Below, in pieces: positions 54,177-60,996 of a stretch of DNA of 60,996 nucleotides. Positions within the stretch are counted from its first letter, which is position 1, and each line of letters starts with the position of its first letter. Origin of the DNA: Saccostrea cucullata (Eukaryota); assembly GCF_032062105.1 (NCBI RefSeq), contig NW_026924749.1, positions 186,001 through 246,996 on the forward strand, read 5' to 3'. The notes below the pieces were generated by a model that saw only the letters and a program-made list of their open reading frames with translations, had not been told where the DNA came from and did not search any database. The position numbers and the translations under genes were made by a program.

Positions 54177-55155
54177 TTAAATAACGAAGCTCTGTAAACG
54201 GATATATCTCCGTACAGCATCTGAATTCCACCTGCCCATTTTCTGTATGCAATTCTCAGAAAAACCTTGCTGGGCTGCATGAGTTGCAGCTCCTATGCGA
54301 AAGCTATGACCTTTATATAGGGCAGGGTTTAAACCAATGAACAAAACTGTGTTGTGTAAATTTTTTGAAACAAATGCATAAGGAACTGGGTCACCTCCCA
54401 TAAATTGGAAGAGGGGACCAGACTGGTGATTAAAGGCTTGAAGATAGAGATATAATGCCGAAACCAGGGCACATGTCACTGTTGTCCAATGCTCTCAGGT
54501 GAATCTGGAAAAGGTCTTTTTTCTTATTTGTTTTGAAATTTTTCAGTAAAAGGACAACTGCAGAGGGGGAGTTGTTTGAAAATTCAAAAGAAACCTCTTC
54601 TCGTTGAATGACCGTGTTTAACGAACCTTTTGTTTTTACTACAAGTTCACCCAAGCGTAAAAAGGCATTAAATGCCAACAGAAAAATAGCCTTTAACATG
54701 ATTCTATAGTGTAGATTTTGCACAGATTTTTGTAAACCGCAAACTAAGTTATGTAGAATGGGGCCCGTTATTGGTAACCTGGTGTCTTTGTTAGGAGCCG
54801 AACGGTGACATCCCTGCATTATTTTCCGGACCAAAAATGCATCTGATGGATCTGAGAGACCAAGAATTTTATGTAGATAGCTTATGGCTGATATATGAGA
54901 TGATATGCTACTAGGGGAATAACCTATGGTAAAGAGGTGAGCAATGAAGTTCGCTGTCACTGAAGAGGAAATTGGTAGCGAGGTCACAGTGGGGTTGAAC
55001 TGTAGCAACAAATCCCAGCTTCTTTTGTAGGCAGACTTGGTGGTGTTGGACAAGGCTGCTGACAGAAGGTGGTGTGCTTGCTGACTCAAATTGCCAATGA
55101 CTTCAGTGGTATTTGGGTCTGTTGTTGGTTTAGATGAGGCATGGAATTGAATGCA
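54177..55155 (-). pseudogene. Tyrosine recombinase (YR) of the Ngaro element, broken by a 1-bp insertion
   Basis: AFLRLGE, KNFKT, GHSFRIGAAT, GRWNSDAVRRYIR (R-K-H-R-W-Y residues present). Frames 55089-54430 and 54479-54177 join as CPVSALYLYL if one base at about 54464 is removed. Confidence 0.92.
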
Positions 55156-56837
55156 GCCTGAAAATTAAAACGAGATAAGTGATCAGCAGCTATGTTGTGC
55201 TTCCCTGGGATGTGTTTCGCTCTGAAATGCACATTGTATCTTAGGGTTGACAATACCAGACGACGTATCAACCTCATGATGACCTTCTCTTTTGACGTTT
55301 GTTTATTGATAATTTGTACAACTGCTAAATTATCTGACATAAAGAGAACTTTTTTGTTTCTAAACTTATCTCCCCAAATCTCTATTGCTATTACAATTGG
55401 AAATAATTCTTTAATGGCTATTTGATATTCTGCCATGTCATCTTTCCAACGTGATGCAAACCATTCAGAACCCAAGATGGCTGCAAACCCTATTGATCCC
55501 GCCGCATCAGTAAAGAGAGTAAGGTGATCAGACGATAACCATTTTTGGGGCAGAAAAACAGATTTCCCATTGAATGTTTCGAGAAAGGTAAGCCAAGTGT
55601 TTATGTCTTCTTTTGTCTCTTCTGTGAGTTCAATCAACTCGTGAGGCTTTGAAACCCCACAGGTTAGGTCAATTAAACGTCTAAGGAAAGCCCTACCTGG
55701 GATAACAATCGAGCATGCAAAATTGAGCAATCCTATTAAAGACTGTAGATCACGTAATGTGCTACGCGTTTTGTTTTTCATTTCTCCAAGGTTTTTTCTT
55801 ATTTTTTCTACTTTCACAGGAGGTAGACGTGCCTCCATTTTGACCGAGTCAACTTCTATGCCATAGATAGTGATTTTGGTAGTGGGGGGTTGAGTTTTTG
55901 ACATTTTAATGGGTACCCCAATTTTTTTGCAAAGGAAAAGAAAATTTGTGAGATCATTCTTGCAATTGTCCGAGCCAGCTGGCCCAATGAAGAAGAAATC
56001 ATCAAGGATATGTGACATACCTCCAGCTTGATATCTGAATTGCATTATCCACTGTAATGCAACACTAAGTTGTTCAAAAATTTGACAGGAACTACTAGCC
56101 CCCATAGGCAAACATTTATCAAAGTAAAATTGGCCTTGCCATGAAAAACCCAATAAATGGTAGTCACTGGGATTGACTGGGATAATTCTAAAAGCGTCCT
56201 GAATATCTGTTTTTACCATCAGACAATAAGCTCCATTCTGTTGGACAAGATGTATTACTAGGTCGATGGAGTCATATTGCACAACTGAATTTTCTTTTGG
56301 GATATTTATATTGACTGAATTGTCTCGGGGATAAGATAAGTCATGAATAATTCTGAATTGACCGGGTTCAGATTTAGGAACCACCCCCAAAGGGGATGAT
56401 ATGAAAGGATCAAAAGGAGGGCAAGGAAAGGGGCCTGCAATACGATTAAGTTCTAAGCTTTTGTGGATATGTGCATCTATGATATCACCATGACTTAATG
56501 CTGATGAATGGTTTTTGGACAAACGTGCAGTTGGAGTAGTGCTACAACCCAAAGAGAAACCAAATTTGAAACCTTCTACTAACAGTTGTTTTAGGTTTTT
56601 GTCATAACCCTCTAATTCTTCACTAAGTTTGTTTGGATTTACTGGCGTGGGAAGTGCGTGACTCTGCAGATTGTTGAGACCTACATTTGTGTTTTGGGTG
56701 TTGTCCCCTGCATATTTGACAGATGTGTGTGAAGGGACATGGTGTGGTTTTACATTTGTCACCTTGGTTAAAGGCGAAGCAGAATTTTGTTCTCCCCGCC
56801 TGTTTGGTACGAAAGGGCTGACTGTAAGGGGCAGGTT
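55086..56837 (-). CDS. Pol ORF (reverse transcriptase plus RNase H), uninterrupted, no early AUG
   Basis: SPLGVVPK, FRIIHDLS, KTDIQDAFR, LPMGASSSC, HILDDFF; RNase H LFTDAAG, IKELFPI, SDNLAVV, ADHLSR. Frame is open from 56837 (after TAA 56840-56838) and overlaps the gag 3' end in the +1 frame. Confidence 0.95.
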   Translation of the reverse strand, partial: NLPLTVSPFVPNRRGEQNSASPLTKVTNVKPHHVPSHTSVKYAGDNTQNTNVGLNNLQSHALPTPVNPNKLSEELEGYDKNLKQLLVEGFKFGFSLGCSTTPTARLSKNHSSALSHGDIIDAHIHKSLELNRIAGPFPCPPFDPFISSPLGVVPKSEPGQFRIIHDLSYPRDNSVNINIPKENSVVQYDSIDLVIHLVQQNGAYCLMVKTDIQDAFRIIPVNPSDYHLLGFSWQGQFYFDKCLPMGASSSCQIFEQLSVALQWIMQFRYQAGGMSHILDDFFFIGPAGSDNCKNDLTNFLFLCKKIGVPIKMSKTQPPTTKITIYGIEVDSVKMEARLPPVKVEKIRKNLGEMKNKTRSTLRDLQSLIGLLNFACSIVIPGRAFLRRLIDLTCGVSKPHELIELTEETKEDINTWLTFLETFNGKSVFLPQKWLSSDHLTLFTDAAGSIGFAAILGSEWFASRWKDDMAEYQIAIKELFPIVIAIEIWGDKFRNKKVLFMSDNLAVVQIINKQTSKEKVIMRLIRRLVLSTLRYNVHFRAKHIPGKHNIAADHLSRFNFQAAFNSMPHLNQQQTQIPLKSLAI

Positions 56838-57819
56838 TTAACGTAATGCATTTTCCCCTCAATTCTTCGACCGGTTTTTGCCAGGGAAGTTCAGCTGTTT
56901 CTTTTAGTTTTCTGAAGGATTCATCATAAGCCCTCCAGGCTGAATCGCCATGTAGTTTGTGAAGTTCCCTAACAAAACTCATGTACTTTAATAGGTGAGG
57001 GGCCTCTGATGGGTCTTTTTCAATTTTAATGCAAATAAAGACCAAAAAGGCATCAGTCCACTGATTAATTGATAAGGGATTTTTTGTTTTTGGATTCTGT
57101 TGCAAGTTGATCACACCTGGTGATATTAACAAAGTAAGAGGGTTTTCCTCATGGTGCGGCAAAAGACACCGTAAATCAATGAATTCATTTGACCAAACTT
57201 TGGATTTTACCTTAGCTGATATGGCCGCACCAAGAGGAATCCCGTCAGTTACAGAAATGAAAGATTTATCTTTGTTTAAGCTAGATGAAACTGTGCCCAC
57301 TGGCTCACCTTCATTTGTCCCAAAAATTTGAGAAACCAATGATGACACTGTCACATCTGTGGATGAGTTGTTTGCATATGTAGATGTGCTCTGACTTGTT
57401 GTGGCAGGCATTTGTTGTGTGGCATTGCTTGAGGTAGATGTGCTCAGACTTGTTATGGCAGGCATTTGTTGTGTGGTATTGCTTGAGGCATTTTGAATTA
57501 CTGCTGGCGCTGGCTCTTGTACCGGGGCAGTTGGCAATTGTGCAGCTGTCAGAAGCGTTGGTTGAGTTAGTACTGTCTCATTACTGACATTATTTGTTAC
57601 TGGTGGCACTGAAATTGTGGCACTAGCAGATGAACTGGTTGCTCTTTGTTGTTTCAGAATTTCTTCCGCCAGTTTCTGATAGTCAATTTCTTGCACGGAA
57701 ACTGTCTTCTGTCTTTTCCGGGTGACTGTGTTGCTAGGCGTTGCTGCCTGTGGATCCCCTTGGGCTGCTGCTGCCTGTGGATCCCCTTGGGCTGCTGCTG
57801 CCTTTCTCCGTTTAGGCAT
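56623..57819 (-). CDS. Gag-like protein of the Ngaro element, 398 aa
   Basis: Low-complexity N-half with internal duplications, KVWSNEFIDLRCLL, INQWTDAF, AWRAYDESFR, and C-terminal Cys/His finger CFAFNQGDKCKTTPCPFTHICQICRGQHPKHKC. Confidence 0.9.
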   Translation of the reverse strand: MPKRRKAAAAQGDPQAAAAQGDPQAATPSNTVTRKRQKTVSVQEIDYQKLAEEILKQQRATSSSASATISVPPVTNNVSNETVLTQPTLLTAAQLPTAPVQEPAPAVIQNASSNTTQQMPAITSLSTSTSSNATQQMPATTSQSTSTYANNSSTDVTVSSLVSQIFGTNEGEPVGTVSSSLNKDKSFISVTDGIPLGAAISAKVKSKVWSNEFIDLRCLLPHHEENPLTLLISPGVINLQQNPKTKNPLSINQWTDAFLVFICIKIEKDPSEAPHLLKYMSFVRELHKLHGDSAWRAYDESFRKLKETAELPWQKPVEELRGKCITLKPAPYSQPFRTKQAGRTKFCFAFNQGDKCKTTPCPFTHICQICRGQHPKHKCRSQQSAESRTSHASKSKQT

Positions 57820-57885
57820 GATCTACATTCTTATTGCATACAAGGATTCAGGAACCGACACACTATTTTTACAAAAATAGTAATA

Positions 57886-58494
57886 GCACACTACTCTGCG
57901 TGTGTTTGAGTATTATATCTCTAAGGGCACACTACTCTGCGTGTGTACAAGTTTTGTGTCTATATAACTTATAAAGGCACACTACTCTGCGTGTGTCTGT
58001 CTATTATTATTATATAAGGGCACACTTCTCTGTGTGCAACTGAATATTATGTGTATAGGTAAGGAAATATTACTCCGTATGATGTCCAATTGTTATGTCA
58101 ATATAATATTACACTACTTTGCGTGTTTCATTTTCCATGTCACTACAGTAAAAAGAAGCACACTACTCTGTGTGAGAAATCAAGGGCACACTACTCTGCG
58201 TGTGACTGAATCGGGGCACACTACTCTGCGTGTAACTGATCGGGGCACACTACTCTGCGTGTGACTGAATCGGGGCACACTACTCTGCGTGCGTCTAAAT
58301 CAGGGCACATATCTCTGCCTGTGTTTAAATAGGGGCACACTACTCAGCGTGTGACTTACCCAAATGACAAAAACAAAGCACAAAATTTCATGAGCGACTC
58401 TTACCTGACATTATTGTAAAAGAGAATGTACTAAACTATATGTTTGACATATACTTAATATTTTTCTTGAAAATTCACACTACTCTGCGTGTGT
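57886..58494 (-). repeat. Array of about 14 short hairpin-forming repeats with variable spacers between the hydrolase and gag
   Basis: CACACTACTCTGCGTG (+) or variants start at 57887, 57928, 57978, 58021, about 58066 (degenerate), 58110, 58159, 58187, 58217, 58246, 58276, 58306, 58336, 58476. Confidence 0.95.
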
Positions 58495-58570
58495 CTTTGT
58501 GGAATCAATTCATTTCTCACATAACACTCTATCAAAGAAAAGTATGTTTTAAATCATAGCATTACTTGCA

Positions 58571-58604
<34 letters not shown>

Positions 58605-58615
58605 TAGTAACATAC

Positions 58616-59200
58616 TCATCTTGAATGTTGCAGTACTGCAATTCTAATACTATGCATATATTTCTTCATATGCCTGGAGTCACCCTCAATATGAACTCCA
58701 TCACGTCCCAGGTAGGACAGGTCCGCCCAAAATCCCCTGTGTGGCCAAAAATACACACCGTCTACTTTCCCTATTTCCTCTTTCAAAAGATTGTTCACTT
58801 TTACCACATCCTCGTTAAACTTGACACGAGAAGCCCATGGCTGACGGCGTAATAACTGTCCAACAATTACAGTTTTTATTCCAACACCATCGCGCAAGTA
58901 TTGTGCATACGAAATTAAGTCCGTACATACTTTCCGAGGATTGTTTAGACTCAAGTCATTACTGCCCATCTGTATAAAACAAATATCGGGGGGTGCGTCA
59001 AACCGTAGAAATTCTGCACAGTGGGCTAGACGTTTGAATGTGAAACCACCGCGTGATCTGAAATCCACTTTGAAGGAGTCCATATCCAAATTTAAATTAG
59101 TCCTAAGATCACTTGCATCTATAAATTCTTTCAAACGGCGGATATAAGAATGTCCTAAGATGCACACAGTTCGAATGTTTACTTCGGGTTCGGCCGCCAT
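58616..59200 (-). CDS. SGNH/GDSL-type hydrolase (esterase) encoded by the Ngaro element, 194 aa from the AUG
   Basis: Block I ILGHSY, block II RGG, block III QMGSNDL, block V DGVH; first AUG at 59200 (MAAEPEV). Confidence 0.9.
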   Translation of the reverse strand: MAAEPEVNIRTVCILGHSYIRRLKEFIDASDLRTNLNLDMDSFKVDFRSRGGFTFKRLAHCAEFLRFDAPPDICFIQMGSNDLSLNNPRKVCTDLISYAQYLRDGVGIKTVIVGQLLRRQPWASRVKFNEDVVKVNNLLKEEIGKVDGVYFWPHRGFWADLSYLGRDGVHIEGDSRHMKKYMHSIRIAVLQHSR

Positions 59201-59366
59201 TGCGTAACCCTGTTTTGCTGGACGGAGCCTGTCTATCCCTGGGACAAAAACACTCAAAAATCCACAAATCACTTACTTTACACTGATGTAATCTTGTTTT
59301 GTAGTCTTCGGATTGGTAAAACAATGCAATAAATTCGTAAAAAACGATAAAAACACTCCTGAAGAC

Positions 59367-59588
59367 GTAAATTTCTAAAAACAAATTTGTGAATTTCTTG
59401 GCACTTCTAAATCAGTGAAAAGACGCTATCTTGTGTCACGTGATTTGAATAAGCGTTACGATTGGATAATTACAACTTTTTCCTAAAGGAGACAGCTAAT
59501 GACACAATAAGACTCAAACAAACATGAAAGTTGAACTACATTACATCATAGATTACATAAAGGCTATTATTTACAATAATGCTGTATT
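59367..59588 (-). repeat. Split direct repeat A1 (5' end of element)
   Basis: Copy of 52955-53176. Confidence 0.95.
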
Positions 59589-60996
59589 TTGTTTTATTCA
59601 AAATTTACCTTTTGATACTTCTTAACTTAGAGCTAACCTTTTCACAAAGAGTAATATTTAAGTGCAGTGAATGGTGGACCCGGAATATCTTTTTAATGAT
59701 TGCTTTATTTTTTGTTCCTTTTTTAGATAATTTTCAGAATTTACATTAAAAAAAAAAGAAATAAAACTTATTTACATTTGTATAGTTTATTGTGTTATGA
59801 ATCTACGGTTATTTTGACTGCACTCATATTGGGAAATATGGATTGTTGAGCTTCCTCCATACAATGACAAAGATGTCCTTAGAAAATTTTCTCTGTATGC
59901 AAGACACAGGATCATTATTCGTCTTACCATTTAAAGAGATTTAAAGTTTTTTTTTCGACAAGACAGCGTTCGTAGTAAATTTAGAAAGAAAAAACCCACG
60001 CAGTATAAAATAAAATTCGCTAATTTTACTGTTACATGTATACATGTACATGTATATTTTTACAATTTTGATGCGATTTAAATATTCTTCAATTGTTTTA
60101 CAAAGAATGTTAAAAAATATAAACATTTATTCTTACCGAAAACTATTAAATGTCACACATTATAGCTAACAATATCATTGTGTTTTGTAGATTAAATTTT
60201 GTTGATATTCCATATATCGGTAATACACGTTTTTACGACTTGTTCCTGTAAATTTGTACATGTTACAAATATTATTGAAATAATTTTCTCGTGTACATGT
60301 TTTTCTACAAATCGGCTACAGAGTGTTGGATTTAAATGTTTTAAGTTTTCTTTTGATTATATACATGTACATAAGAAAGAAAGAAATCTAAAGAGTTAGA
60401 ATATAACATTACATTTGTAATCAAAAGAATTTTCGAAGTTGAGGTTATTGAAAAACCCTGTAACATCATTTATCTCTTCGAAATCAGTTCTAGGCAATTA
60501 AACCTCTTTCACTAGACCTGCGTGCCAGTGAAGGTCTAAATTCGAAAACCCTAGAAGAGGTATACGAGTCAAAATTTCTTGATCGAGATGTAAAACAACA
60601 TTAATTTTCGAAAAAGTAAAAAAAAAAACTACTGATTTTTCATATTTTCTAAAAACTTCTTTGAAGTTTTGAGAATCCATGTATGATTTAGACTTTTATA
60701 GCACAGCGCGTCTGGATTTTTGGCCTTTACAGTTGTTAATCATTTTTTGATTTGTAAAAATCAAAGGTTTTGCAGAGCATTTGTTGGACCAAGCAAGACA
60801 CCATTTCGTTGACTGGAATATTAAAAAGTTATTTAAGGCAGAAACGAAGGTTGTATCAAAGAAATTAATGATTATCATGTAAAAGGTGAACTGTGAATAT
60901 ATACGTATCGTATTTGAGATGCAGATGCAGATTCAAAACCCTGTTTCTTTGAAATACAGTTGTTTTAATTAGTTTTAACATCAAATATGATATAAT

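Larger units (their letters stand above)
52558..59588 (-). mobile_element. Ngaro-type tyrosine-recombinase (DIRS-order) retrotransposon, full length, 7031 bp
   Basis: Split direct repeats in the order A1-ORFs-B1-A2-spacer-B2; ORFs SGNH hydrolase, gag, RT/RNase H, YR; no TSD beyond a shared TT core. Confidence 0.95.

Noticed and set aside
58034-58264. ORF with GHTTLRV repeats
   Set aside because: Antisense translation of the hairpin array; no independent coding signal.
57886-58494. True CRISPR array
   Set aside because: Eukaryotic retrotransposon context, no cas genes, repeat only 16-19 nt, irregular spacer lengths, and distal spacers are near-identical. Kept as a hairpin array instead.
57886-58494. 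Iron-responsive elements (C-ACACG-CAGAGU-AGUGU fits C-N5-CAGWGH)
   Set aside because: That register has a G-A closing mismatch and no consistent lower stem; natural variants support the alternative CACGC/GUGUG register.
59201-59272. N-terminal extension of the hydrolase in the ORF track
   Set aside because: Starts at a non-AUG codon; the first AUG is at 59200.
57820-59276. Splice removing the hydrolase and array to make a gag mRNA (GTAAG donors at about 59276, 58404, 58359)
   Set aside because: The donors look good, but the only acceptor next to the gag AUG (AAGAATGTAG) lacks a pyrimidine tract; unsupported without RNA data.

Overview
AT-rich eukaryotic DNA, most likely from an oyster-type bivalve (inferred from the repeat families and gene content), with one 184-N gap. 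I reconstructed four host genes by hand from splice sites: a six-exon secreted PAN/EGF/fibrinogen-domain protein (-, 331 aa), a single-exon Toll-like receptor with a degenerate TIR (-, 729 aa), a three-exon conodipine-like secreted phospholipase A2 (-, 131 aa) and a two-exon LURAP-domain protein (+, 112 aa). Much of the rest is transposon-derived. There is a complete but inactivated Harbinger element (TIRs, CTG TSD, transposase and Myb/SANT genes) carrying nested Helentron-type and mariner-type insertions, a satellite-bearing Helentron (HINE), many Penelope-like RT remnants, MITEs and SINE fragments. The most interesting object is a young, nearly intact Ngaro-type tyrosine-recombinase retrotransposon (52558-59588, -). 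It places an SGNH hydrolase first, followed by a poly(A) tract and a CRISPR-looking array of about 14 hairpin repeats ahead of gag. Its pol and recombinase ORFs have no early AUG; I predict they are reached by a UUU_CGU +1 frameshift and by an in-frame gag-to-YR splice. Three covarying RNA hairpins lie in its 3' region. The expression mechanisms and RNA functions are inferences that still need testing.
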